Made by a program: the position numbers and the translations under genes. 64,000 nt of DNA from assembly GCA_016748015.1 (NCBI GenBank), contig JAAOMT010000003.1, positions 128,373 through 192,372 on the forward strand, read 5' to 3'. Below, one piece after another: positions 39,401-52,357 of the stretch. The first letter of the stretch is position 1; each line of letters opens with the position of its first letter. Below the pieces are notes generated by a model. It was not told the origin of the DNA and did no database searches. It worked only from the letters and a program-made list of their open reading frames with translations. Origin of the DNA: Geosiphon pyriformis uo1. Taxonomy: Eukaryota; Fungi; Glomeromycota.

Positions 39401-42400
39401 AACTAAATCCTATAATTAATTATAGGTTATAAAACTGTTGAAATTAAATACAAAAATTGTTTATTTAACACAGTTTTTTCAAGACTATTTTTGCAAAAAA
39501 ATTGATATTAAATCCTATTTTTTTAAACTAGACTTAAATAAATTATTAGCTAACAGAAAAATTTCAAAGTATTTATGTATTTTTTCTTTTTTAGCAATAA
39601 ATATAGATGTATTATTAATGCTTAAAAGGATGTTATACATGGTTAAATAATGTATTTTATAAATTTTAGTAAATTTGATTATTTATTTAAAGTATTAAAA
39701 AATTTTTGTTACCATTTGTTATATTTGTTTATTTTTTTATTGTTTTTTAGTTACATGATTATTTTTTTAATCATATTATTATTTCTTCCAATTTTTCTAT
39801 TATTATTTTTAGTTGCATTATTATTTTTTAAATTACATTACCATTATCTGATTGATCATTTTTTTAATTAATTAAATATTTTTCTATTTATATTATTATT
39901 ATTATTTAATTAATTATTTTTTTAATTTAATTAATTATTGTTCTATCTTTTAATTTATATATTTTAATAATTTATTTTATTTTGTTATATTAATTCTGTT
40001 TATTTTGTTTTTAATTATAATTATTTGAGTTTATTCTAATAAAATTCTTACTTTGTAATAATTTGTGAAAAAAAATTAGAAGTCATAAAAAATTGTAAAT
40101 AATTTTAGTTTATTGAAATAAAATGAATTTATAACATATTTCAAGCTCTTTAATTGATTAGCCACAAATTATTTAGTAAAAAGTGGTAGTTTAAATTACA
40201 AAATTTGATTTTATTCCAAAAAAAATTTTTATTTAAATGTAAAATTTTGAAAATCTTTTTATTTTATTTTATTTTATTTTATCTTAATTATAAATTATTA
40301 TATTAAATCAAAAAATCAATTTAATTATAATTTTAAAATAATTAAACGACTTTTATTAACATTCCAGCTTTAATTTTTATCTATTTTTCAATTATTTTTA
40401 TAACCAAAGATTTTTTATAAAGAAAATATAAGTCTTTCAAAAAAATCAATAAAAATTTAACCATTTATATAAAAAAGTTATTACATAAATTTCCATGTTT
40501 AAAAAACTATTCTATCGGTCATCAACTTTTATTTACTGCAAATGATTAGAGTTATTTCAATAAAATAACAAAATGGCAACTACTTAATTAACAACCAAAT
40601 AAATTGAAATCAATATCGTTTTTATTAAAGTAGCATTATTTATTTAAGCTGTTAAACAAAATTTATTTATTATTTATTATTTATCATAATTTATTTAAGA
40701 TTAAGTCGAAAATTGCTAATCCTAAAAACAAAATATAGATATTTTATGAATTTTTACAATAATAAAAAAGCTTAAACATTAATTATAATTGTTTTAGGGA
40801 ATTGCTAAATCGACCCACCCGCAACACGTGATATCCTTTTACGTCATAGTTTCGTATTCAACTATATATGAACATATTATCTTTGTCCACAGCGAAGTGT
40901 TTTTTAATTATAAAACACTATAAATTACTTAAGGCATAATAAAAAATTAATATAATCTATATTCAATTCTATATAAGAAAAAGTTATTCTTTATTTTAAT
41001 TAAACTAATATTTATTAGAATTACTAATAAATAAATATTAAAATTCTATATATATTAATATCACGTGTTGCGGGTGGGTCGATTTAGCAATTCCCTTGTT
41101 TTATTAACTTAATAAAAAATAAACAATTTTATTTCAAAATATTTAATTTACCTGTTAAAATACAATATTATTTGTTATAATATTAAAGATATGTGTAAAA
41201 TTAGTGCTAAAAAATTGATATTTATTACTTTGATTTTCTAATCTAATGAATTAATTAGCAATTATCTCAAAAATTTATTTGTTTAATTCCTAATAATAAT
41301 TAAAAAAAAGTTTTTGCACTTGGAATTAATATTTTAATTATATATTGTTACAGTTTAATTTTCAACTTAAATAAAATAGTTTGTTATATTATTTTTATTT
41401 TTATATTAATCTAATTATTAATTTTAAAAAAAAATTATTAGATTTTTACACTTTTTAAATTGAAATCAACCATATTTCTTTTTTTTTGTGCTTTTGCTAT
41501 TAATTGAATGAAAAACATTTGAAAATAATTTATATCTGTTATTTATTATTAAATAAGTTATAAAGTGATAATAATTGTATTATTTTTTATTAAAAATGAC
41601 CAATTATTTTTATGCTTTCAAACTTATCTTAAAAAGATTAACAACTGTAATTTTGTGATTAATTACATTAATTAACTTACTTACACATTCAATTTGCTTT
41701 TTTTGACAAATTTCTCAAATTAAATTTATATTGTATTTAGTCAGTATATTATTCTAATTAGTAACATAAAAAATAATGAATTCTATAAGATTTTGAATAT
41801 TTGTTTATTATTTATTGAAAACACAATTATACGTTTTGCTACGAAAAAAAGAAATCTATTTTACTGCTTATTTTGAAAACAATTTAAATTAAATTGAAAA
41901 TTATTTTTTATTTGATTTTATTTCAATTAAACAATAATTTAAAAATTGATTTTTTAATAGACATTTGACTAAAATTTATATTGCTTATTTTGAAAGCAAC
42001 AATAAAAAACAATAAGATTAATTAATTACTTTATTTTATATTTAAGAAAATTTTATAGTTTATTAAAAACTATTACACTTAAATTAACTATTTTTATAAA
42101 AAAACTTCAAGCTGTTTTTAGCTAATCAAAATAATATATTACTTTTATTTATTTAAAAAAATGGTTTATTTTTTATTTTTTAACTAGTATAGATTAATTA
42201 TTGAAATTATTGGCTCATTTATAAAAATCAAAAACTTTTAAAAATTTTAATAAAAAGTCTAAAATGATCAAACTATTTTTTGATCTTAGACAACAGAATT
42301 TTAGTTTTTTTTTAATTTTATTATTGTTGTAAAAACACTGGTTATATTTTTGAGTTTGCTTTTTTTTTTTTACTTTTAAAAGTCTTTCAAAATAATAAAT

Positions 42401-44200
42401 TTAGTTAAATTAATTTTAATTTTGGAAAAACTCTTTGACTTAAACTTCAAAATATCTATATTTTAAATTGATAAAAAAACATAGTTAATAAAAACTTATT
42501 TTGTTAACTTATTGCAGTATATATTTAATAAATGTTTAATTAACAACCTAAGAAATTAAATTTTTAACTTTCTTGACAATAATATAAAATGTATTTTATT
42601 TTTTAGAAAGATTTGAGACAGTAATTAGTTTAATACTCAGAAAAAAATAATAATTTTTAATTCAATTTATAATAGTTAAACATAAATTTTTTGTACAAAA
42701 CAAATATAGATATTGAAAACTTAATATCAAAAATAATTTAAAATGTAATTAAATTTAATCAATTTATTAAAGTCTTATTAATGACAAGTTTATTAAAAAG
42801 TAAATAAGTAATAAAGTCAATAAAAAACTTAGATTATACAAAGAATCGAGAATAAATGCAAATTTTTAGCTGTAATTATTTTTTGTATTTATTAGCATTA
42901 ATAAAATTTTATTATTCAATGTAATTTATATCTGTTTTCCCAATTAACAAAATGCTTAATTAATTTAATAGTGGAAATTTTTTTTATTTTGACAGCAAAT
43001 ATAAATGGATTTAAAAGTTGATTTTATGACAAAATATGAAAAAAATTTGAGGTTATAATATTGGATTAACTAATATTTTTTTTATCTTTTAATACTTAAT
43101 AGATAGATTATTCGAACCAATCAATTAAAGCTTTGTTTAATTTATATTCAGAAACTGAAAATAAACACTTTGACCGTTCGCAAAAAGTTTTTGATTTTTT
43201 CAAAAATGTTATATTTTAAATTTTTTTTATTAAATCTTTCTTTCAACAAAAAATTCACTTAATTTTTTGAACATCTTTTTATAAAAATGAAATTTTTCGA
43301 TTGTACCAAACTTGAAAATTTTAAAAACTTAAACAACTAATGAATATAAAAAGATTTTTTATTATTTTTTTTAATCAAATTTTTGAAAAAATATTGGGCA
43401 CTCAATTAACAAAAAGCTTTTAAAATTTTAATGAATATTTATTACTAAACTAATTTTGAAGTAATTTGATCTAAACAAATCTTCTAGTTTTAAATTAAAC
43501 ATTATTGTTATTAGAAACAATTTTTTTATAGTTATTTTATACACTTTGGATTTTGTTTTATTTATTTTTAGCTGAGGCTTTGACATTATTTGCTTGATTA
43601 AGTCGTAACTTGGGTAATTATTTTATATGTAAAAACTTTTTAATTCTTTTTATTATTTCGAAAAATAATATATTAAAATAATATTAAATTAACTAAAATG
43701 CAATTGCTATCATTATTACGATTATTATTATTACCTAAAAAGGTTATTTTTATGTTTGTGATTTTAAAAATTTTAATTATCAGTAATATTAATTTAAGTA
43801 TTAATTTGAAACAATTAACACTTAATGACTTATTGAAATAAATAAATTGTTAAAAGTTGGTATTATTTATTATAATTATCTTTTTTTTGACAAGGAAATT
43901 TCTAATAAGAACAAATTTTTCAAAATTATTTTGGTATTTAATACTGTTTTTATTTATAAAATATAACTACAGTAAGCATTTAATTATAATGCAACAAACA
44001 AAAAATGCAAGACAAAATTAATAATATTATTATTATTATAGTAATTACTTTTATTGTATTAATTAATTCATCTCCAATCTTTAAAAGTCAAATTTTGTTT
44101 TTTTTTGCCAAAGTTTAACCGTTTATTTTGTGTAATTTTCAAAGAATAGCTTTTTGCTTTGTTCATTTGAATAAACTTTTTTTCAAAAAATACATGATAG
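36500..44200. other. Large extremely AT-rich island (nested eroded transposon relics)
   Basis: Sustained G/C depletion with ghost triplet periodicity (e.g. 39760-40020); no credible ORF. Confidence 0.6.
40797..41095. mobile_element. Young 299-bp MITE with perfect 38-bp TIRs and 8-bp TSD (Merlin- or MULE-like)
   Basis: TIR GGGAATTGCTAAATCGACCCACCCGCAACACGTGATAT at 40797-40834 and its exact reverse complement at 41058-41095; TTGTTTTA at 40789-40796 and 41096-41103. Confidence 0.95.
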
Positions 44201-44391
44201 ACTTTAAATAGAAACATTTATTCCTTTGTTGAAGAGTTTCCAGCTTGAATTAATTGAATAATATGTCATTTATATCCGCCTGAATACGAGAACGTTTTCG
44301 AAATATTTAAAATTCAAAAACATTTTATTAGTAGTTACTTTTAAATCTGAATAATTAAAGTAATAATTTTTTTGGTACTCAATTTCTTCTA

Positions 44392-44790
44392 TGGATCTCT
44401 AGACAAATCGGTTGCTTGTGTAAATATATAGATAGCCTCATGCAAAAAAAGTTAAACTCATTGTATAAACTTCAAAACTTAAAGAAATGTAGGTCTCAGC
44501 AACTTAAGAATACAATTTTGTACATGTGGCAAAGTAAAATCCACAGAAAAGTGATCATGTTCTTTACTTACAAGTTTGACGCAATCGTCATCCAGGGATT
44601 TGAGGTGTCGTACATGACAAATCGTAAGGCGAAAAAATTATGCTGTAAAATACTCTCCTGAGCACATTACCATATTCGTCAATACCTGATCACCAAGGTC
44701 AAAAAGTCAAGAATCCGAAAATGAGGCTTATAAATTCAAGATTTGTATCTGGTGTGTGTTCGAATGTACAACTGCCACAATTACGGGTTG
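44392..44790 (+). pseudogene. Decayed Fanzor (eukaryotic TnpB, Fanzor2/IS607-like) fragment: RuvC-II region and Zn finger
   Basis: RQIGCLCKYIDSLMQKK...KIHRKVIMFFTYKFDAIVIQGFEVSYMTNRKAKKL..ILS*AHYHIRQYLITK, then by frameshift NEAYKFKICIWC..SNV/YNCHNYGL, paralleling RLC..LD...HRK...FL...FD.III P.FEVS.M..RK.RK....MLSWAHYRFRQ.L..K...NEAYTSKTCSWCG...YNC..CG. Confidence 0.82.
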
Positions 44791-45707
44791 TATTACTATC
44801 CATCCAGTTTTTAAAAAAAAAATTTATTACCAAGCAAGATTGCCTCATTTTTTGTGGTGAGGGATGGTTTCTTTTTCGTTACTTGCAAAACACGATAATG
44901 AAATATTTTTAATTTAATTTTCTTTCAATTGTAAAATAAAAATTAATTTCGTATATTTAAATACACCTATTATTATGAAGTCAAATTAAATAATGTCAAA
45001 TTATATTATCATTTTTTCTTCTCTTTGGATATTATTTTATTGGAAGAAAATAAGGATAAAATCATAAAATGATGTTTTTTGTTTAATAAGAGGAGACCAG
45101 GAACATAAACAAAATGCTTATAAAAAAATGATTCAATAGAATGAGTATTCTTTTTGAAGCAATTCACCAAATTAAGAATATCCAACATAGATCAATTATT
45201 GGGGCTGGTGAGCCTCACTTTTAATTTGAGGCTTCTCGATAAATTTAAACGTTTTGATTAACTCTCATATGATACGATAACGCTGATATTTCATAAAAAA
45301 CACAAATATTAAAATTTCTCGTCTAAATGTTTACAAGTATTTAGGGTATTTTATGCCGTTGAAAGAAAAATTAATTTAAGATTTCCAGAATAAAATAAAT
45401 TGTTAACAGGCGGAATTTTTCTAAAAACCGGTTAAAAAAATTGAAATCTTTGAATTGTGGATTATTAGAATGTGGCAGAGTTTTACAATTCAAGTTATAT
45501 TCAGGTTTTTCTGGTAATGAGGTTCGGTATTTTGCAAGCATTTGATATGATTTGATGAAAAAGCAATTGGAGAAGCTCTATTGTACCAATCAGATTAAAA
45601 TATCAGTTTCGAATTTTTATAATTATATTTTTATGAAGTATAATACATGTAGTTTCTTTTACAATTTTTTGAAGGATCGAACTACAAACCTGAGGTGAAT
45701 GAAATAT

Positions 45708-47012
45708 TTAAAAACATACAAACCAGCTAAAGCTTATTATAAGTATAACGTTTAAAATAAATCTGTTAAATAAAGTAGTTGTTTCTGATCTTATTGAATT
45801 GCAGCCGGAAGTCAATTTTGGATTATTATTATTCACAGATTTAGTTTGTGAAAAAGGATTCGAGCTGTCACCCGGAGATGTAGGATCGGGAGAGGGATTA
45901 GTTATAGTTATTGCTGTTACAATTGTTGTGGGTATTTCTGTAGTCATTCCATCATTAGTTATTGTTGTTAAAGTAACAATGCTTGTTGTGATTGTTATTG
46001 GGGTATTTGAAATTGCGGAGGCAAATGAATTTGGAGAGTCCAATGAATTTGGAGAGTCAAATGAATTTTGACCATTCTTATATGGTTCGTTACTAGATTT
46101 ATAAAGAAAGAAGTTTGATATTTAAGCTTTTAAATTCTCAAAGTTAAATATTCTTTGTTAAAGATAATTATGAGAACTTACGAAGCTGAAGCTGATGATG
46201 AAATTTGTATAAAAGGATTAGTTGATGAAGCCGAGCTTGTCGTTGTAGTACCTCTTCCAATTGAAGATGATGGATTGATGGTTGGAACTGATGTTGTTTG
46301 TGTTGGAATTAGTGTCAAAGCATTAACTTGTGCAGCTGAGCTTGTTGTTTTAGCTGAACTTGTCGTTGTTCCTCCAATTGAAGGTGATGGAGTGATGAGA
46401 GCATTAGGCACTTTATTGATGTTTCCACCATTCGGGTTACTAAAAGTTGGGCCAGGTTCCGGAGGTCTAAAACTATTAAAATTACCATTACCATTACCAT
46501 TGGAAGGTGGTGGTGGTAGCTTTTATTTTGAATGAAAAATATATTTTGCTTTTAATATTCGACCATTTATTTGACAGTATGACTAAAGCTTTGCTCTTAC
46601 CACAGTTGAAGTTTTTGTATTCGAAGTTGTAGTTGTAGTTGTAGTTGTAGTTGTAGTTGTCGAGGTTGTTTTTGATTGTTCTATCCTTTTCTCTAATGCT
46701 CGAAATTTCGGGGGTATATTCCTCACAAAACGGAATTTTAATGTGTCGTATTTATTTCTTTTATTTAGAGAGGAAAAGTTAATTTTTTAATTTTTTAAAA
46801 GAAAATCCAAATCTATCTGAAAATTTCTAAAAAGTTTATACATACTGATCCAAGGGATTTGATTCGACAGCTTCGACTTTTTTCAATAAACTGATCAAAT
46901 GGCAAAGCATAAAAACGCCTGCTAATATCAATATACGTGAAGATATTTTGATATATTTCTTCTTATTTAATTTATATTTAAGGCATTGCTCTTCAAAAAT
47001 GATTTTTTTCAT
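45708..47012 (-). CDS. Ser/Thr/Pro-rich (mucin-like) cell-surface protein, probable GPI or C-terminal membrane anchor; 4 exons (47012-46846, ~46757-46601, 46519-46182, 46092-45708)
   Basis: N-terminal hydrophobic segment RILILAGVFMLCHLISLL..VEA; LEKR Kex2-like site; T/S runs; TSGCNSI followed by hydrophobic tail; introns keep the frame. Confidence 0.8.
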
Positions 47013-49188
47013 TTTTAATAACAAAATTTATTATTAATTTTTTTTTACTTGAAATTTTAAAATTTGAACGAAAAAATTTCAGGCTTTTATAGTTAAATTT
47101 CAAAAACGTGAGGCGAAGCTCGAGGCTTTTTTTATATATGTTGGTTGATTCCGTAGTCAAAATTTTGTACTACCGTGTGCCTATCCTTGCAGATTCTAAG
47201 TTTGGAAGAAATTTTGTGCACTAACATACATGGACAATTGTCCGAAAATTCATGTTGTACTATGTAAGCTTTTATGTTATATAATAATTGAGAGAACAAG
47301 GGAACTTTTGAAACATATTTAAATACTCGATCTTCTTGGCAAAGTTATCATTTTTTTTTTGTAGTTTTCCTCGGAAACACCTCGAAGCTTCCATTTGTTT
47401 CATGCCAGATATTTGAATCATATTGTTGGCTTAATTTATTACATCTCAAAGAGACTAAAATAAGAAAACCAAAAAAATGTAGTGTAAATATTACAAAGAA
47501 AAAAAAAATATTTTTTTCAATCTTTGAAATATTCAACCTCATAAAATGGAAAGACAGGATAAAGAAAAATTCGACTTTATGAGAATATCATTTTAATATC
47601 ATTTGCGGTGACACAATCCCCTAGGTTATAAGTGATTAGAGATCTCCATTGAGGAATGTGTAAAAGAAAGTTCTATGATTAAAAAAATTAAAAATAAAAT
47701 TTAAACTAATAAAGTATAGCATAAATTTGAAATATTTTACTGTGCAAAACAGTAATAAAAATATTCATTTTCTAAAAATATTTTTTGATTAATCACCTTT
47801 CTATCTTACAAACAACGAATTATTTTTCCCGATTCCAACCCTCTTATTTTTAATATAAAGTTGTCTTTATTTGAGATTTCTTAAGAATCTTCAGTTATCA
47901 ATGTTGAATTGATCTTTGCATCAACTGTAACATAAATGATTTCAAAGTGTTCACAATTCAAATTTTAAATATACCGAATTAATTCGTATTCTTACTCCCA
48001 CTCTTTGAACAAACCGAATTTTAAAAAAGAGTCGACATCCATTAATATAACTTTCAGAAGTTTGTTGATAAACTTTTTAAAATAATGTAGCAGAAAAACA
48101 GTTTAGAAATTTTTACAAAATCCAAAAGAAGCGCAAAATCTTACCTGATAAAATAATTTGTCTTGGTAAACTTCTTAGGGTTGAAATTTTTTAAGAAAGG
48201 AAAATATTAATTCAATTTTTAAATTAAAAAATTTCCAAGACTGAAATAATATATTTTTTAAAGATCAAGTAAAATTAATTTCAAATCATTAAAATTATCA
48301 AAGGTTGAAAAATAAAATTTACAAATGATTCAGAAACTCATGTTTGAATCTAGAAAAAAATTTAATGATCCCTTTGAATAATCTATAATTGCAAGAGAAC
48401 CCAATTTTTGAAGAGTAAATGTAATTTATATTTCATTAAAAATCTTTAAATCGATATTATGACCTTTTTTGTATAGAAAAAAATAGGAGCAAAGGATGAT
48501 GATGTTGTTGTTGCTATTAGTATTCAAAAGACTTGATATTAATATATAATTAAATTTTTCAAAAATATTTTTTAATCTTTAAAAAAATGAGGCAATACAA
48601 AATTGAAGCACGACTAATTTTTTGATCTAATTCAAATATTATCAATTTTTTTCATTGTTAAAAAATTTTTTGACTCATGAACAAACTTATAAACTCAAAA
48701 ACTTGATCAACCGGCCGGTTTAGCCGTTTCTGCTCAATTTTTATATATAAAATATTTAAAATCACAAAAAAATCAACTTTCGTTCAGGTAATAAGAATTC
48801 CCTTAATTAACCATTCAAAAATGTATTCTTATTCCCATTTTTGACCATCATCGAAAATCTCGGGATTTTATAAATGCTTTTTCAGCAGTTATTTATGATC
48901 ATTCCCAAATATTTATTGACAATATCAACTTTTTAATGATTAGGAATTTAGTTAATATCAAACTGAATAAGAGGAGGTAATAACAAGAATTTCGGGAAAA
49001 AATCTTTCGATACTAATAATAATTTGAAAGTAGTATACTATCATCCTCATCCCTTCAACCATGGGAAATTGCCTTTTCAAATTAAGATCATCTAATGATT
49101 TCTTTATTTAAAAAACTATATACATGTAATATAGCCCCCACATAAAATCCTAACTTTTAAAAAAAAATTTGATCCCTTTTTGATTCAA

Positions 49189-50671
49189 ATGAAACGTTCA
49201 TTATTTTCTTTCATGAATTTGCGTCTTATAACTCGCATGCATGACCAAAACAATTATATTTTTCTAATTTTCAGTCTATTAGGCTTGATATTCATAAGCA
49301 TTTCTGTCCCTAAAATTTTCGAACAGCACTCTGGATTAAAAAGATTTTCTACTGCATTCGATAAAATACCAAATTCTCATTACAGAGCGACAAAAAACGA
49401 ATTACAATGGAAATCCATGTTTAAAATAAATTCACTACTTCATCATGCAACACTTAAGCAGAATAGACATTCTTTAATAAGAAAGCTTCCTGAGTCAAAC
49501 CTTAAAGGAAATCTCATCTCAAGCAAGAATAAAAGAGGTACACAAATTGTAGCAATAAATGAATATGGGGCCCCAAATCCTTTAAAGAAGAAAATAGATG
49601 ATCCTGTAATTTTACTTTACTTGAAGAAATTCACTATGATTGCAAACATTCCAAATTGTCTACCAAATAACTCAATTGGTAGATTTCTAAATGATTCGGA
49701 AATAATTTGTAAGTGATGATAAACGGAGTTTAAATAAGGGAGAAAATGTCATAATTGATTAACGATTTACTTATCTGTAAAATCTTTTGTTTCTTTATAA
49801 TAGCAGATTTATTCTTCGACTTGGATACTGGGCAGTTGATATTTTATTTTAAAGGTCGCGAACTAAAGGCAAAGCAATTGGCCTCCAGAGTTTCTCGTTT
49901 AATAATGTTTAGACTTGTTTCAGGGGCGTTAATAGATGAAAAATGGTACACTGATGTGACTTATATGATGCCGGAAATATTTCAAAAGATAGTGCATTAT
50001 ATGAAACCACGAGAGTTCAATGGGATTCGTTTTACTGGGCATGGAATTGGAGGAGGTAAGATTATGTTTTATTAATTAATTGATTCAAATAATTTTTTAG
50101 AAATAAAAATAACCATTCTTAATGATTTCCTTTTATTTCAAAGTATATGCTGTAATTGCAGCACTTATTTTTTCTCTCCGCATAAAGGATACTGAAATAA
50201 GCTCCTATATTGATATAACGGTTGTCACTTTTGGGTCGCCACGAATTGGCAATGGAGTACTGGCAAGCTATATTAACAAAAACCTGAATATCATTCGAGT
50301 TACACATACCAATGACTACGTCCCTCGCTTTCCTTTGAGAGAATTATCTTATAGACATCATGAGCTCGAATATTGGATTGCGTATCCACATTGTGATTGC
50401 TTTAACCCATTTGAACCCTCTTCGACAATTGATTTTCAAGTTTATAGATGTCATGGATTCAATAAATCTATGTCTGATTATGGAGAAAATGGTGTATGTA
50501 TATAACCAAAAGAATATTTTTTTGAGAGTCCCTTCCAAAAATTGATCAAAATTCTAAATGCAACCATTATAGGACTGTAACAATGGTCAAGGTGGTTTCG
50601 TATCAGACTTTATTTCATCACATTATGGACCATATTTTGGAATTTTTATAGGGGATTGTAGTATTTTTTAA
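49189..50671 (+). CDS. Lipase class 3 (alpha/beta-hydrolase) homologue with nucleophile Ser replaced by Gly; 4 exons (49189-49708, ~49804-50055, 50144-50493, 50573-50671)
   Basis: N-terminal TM/signal; LIFYFKG, RFTGHGIGGVYAVIAAL, VVTFGSPRIGN, IRVTHTNDYVPRFP, YRHHELEYWI, HYGPYFG. Confidence 0.88.
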
Positions 50672-52357
50672 TAAAATTCAATAAGCTGATAATTAAAAAG
50701 AAGCAATCAAAAAAGGTATTTTGAAAATAACTATTTCAAAATTTTAAATATCAAATAGTATCGTTTAGGTTCATAAATAAGCAGCGTAAATAAAAATGAT
50801 ATTCCAAAAATTTTGACACCAATTTTTTAGCAAATATGTTAAAAGAGATTCTTGCCTTTATGAAAATGTTCAATATTTTATTCTTGGTTTGTTGACTTTT
50901 GACATATTTCTCGGGAAATTTTTAGGATAATGGGTTTTTTTAAAAAAAAAATTTGTATTTTTATACTTTAAAATATTATATGGCAAGCAAAAGACGAAAC
51001 TTCTCATCAAAGAAAATATTTATTAAAATATCAGTCATTATAAAAAATGATTTTAGAATATTTCAAGATTTTGCAATTTTCTATATACACTGTAAACATC
51101 ATAGATGTGGCAGCATACATTCTAATACTGATATTATTTGTTTTCATGTAAAGATTTAATAATTATTTCTCTAATTACTATGATTTAATGATTGATAATG
51201 ACACAAATTATGAAATGACGCAAAAGATTTTTTGTCAGTAAATTTAATGTCAGAGAATAAACAAATCAAAATCGTTTCTTAACAAATAAAAAACGTTTCT
51301 TTAAACAAATATTATGAGATAAAACAAAAATGTACAAATTATTTAGACCATGTTTTGAAATTTTGATTATTAAATGTTAAATTAATCATTTATCACGATT
51401 TTCTTGAAACAAGAGAACCTGGTAACTTTTCATTTCCAAGTTAAAATTAAACTATCAAAGAATTCGTCTTACATCATGCAGTTATGATAATCATGGCAAA
51501 GAGAAATATTTTAATAAGTCAAAATTGTTGGAAAATTAATTAATTCTTCTTTAATGATCGATGAATAATGCTATAAATTGATTATATAATATTTTGAGCA
51601 ACCCAGACGTGGATCTTGGATTAATAAAGCTTTGAAAGAAACTAACTTTACTATAAATCCTCAAGAAATTCGAATTGAAATTAATAAGCATTGTCCTACA
51701 TTGAATTTTTTCTTGAAAAGCAATCCCCTGAATAATCTAAAATACAAATCAACAACAAATATAGCGTTGCCAAAGTAAATTATGGATGTGTGGAAATTTT
51801 TTTTTTGCCAATTACAGTGAAAAATTAAGTCTGAAATTCTCAAAGTTATTAAATTTCATTTGTCTTTGAAAAGGATAGTGACTTTAATCAAAGTTCTCAA
51901 AGTAATTCAAAAAAAAACCTTGTTCTACTCATGACTTTCTGGGAAAATTTTTAGTAGTTTCTACTCTTAATCCTAACAAAATCAGGTTATTTTATTCATT
52001 AAATAAACAAGTTCTTTTAGAAACTTTTTTTACCTTTGTCACATTTTGTTTATGCTTTTTATTCTAACCGAATTTATATTTAAGGCTTTTGAGAAGAACT
52101 TTTTTTAAAAAAGAGGGACTCTTCAATAAGAAATTCCGATTTATTTGGTCTATTATTCGAATTAAATGTCTTGTGTCAAAAGAAAAGACCGGAGAAGAAT
52201 TCTAGTAACAATTTGTACATTTTCTTTTTCGAACCCAAAAAATATGAATTTTTCTTAGAAATCACTGGTTGATAATTTTTTTTTGATTAAATTGTCTTTG
52301 CTCAATCTTTTAACTATTGTGGTAGATCACATATTTATTTCGGCTACATTATAATTC

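Noticed and set aside
37479-39871. Short I/L/F/N/K-rich ORFs; possible retroelement gag/pol ghost or organellar DNA
   Set aside because: Composition artefacts of AT-rich DNA; no RT, integrase or mitochondrial gene motif could be read
45799-46535. Plus-strand Val-rich ORFs
   Set aside because: Antisense shadows of the Thr/Ser-rich gene
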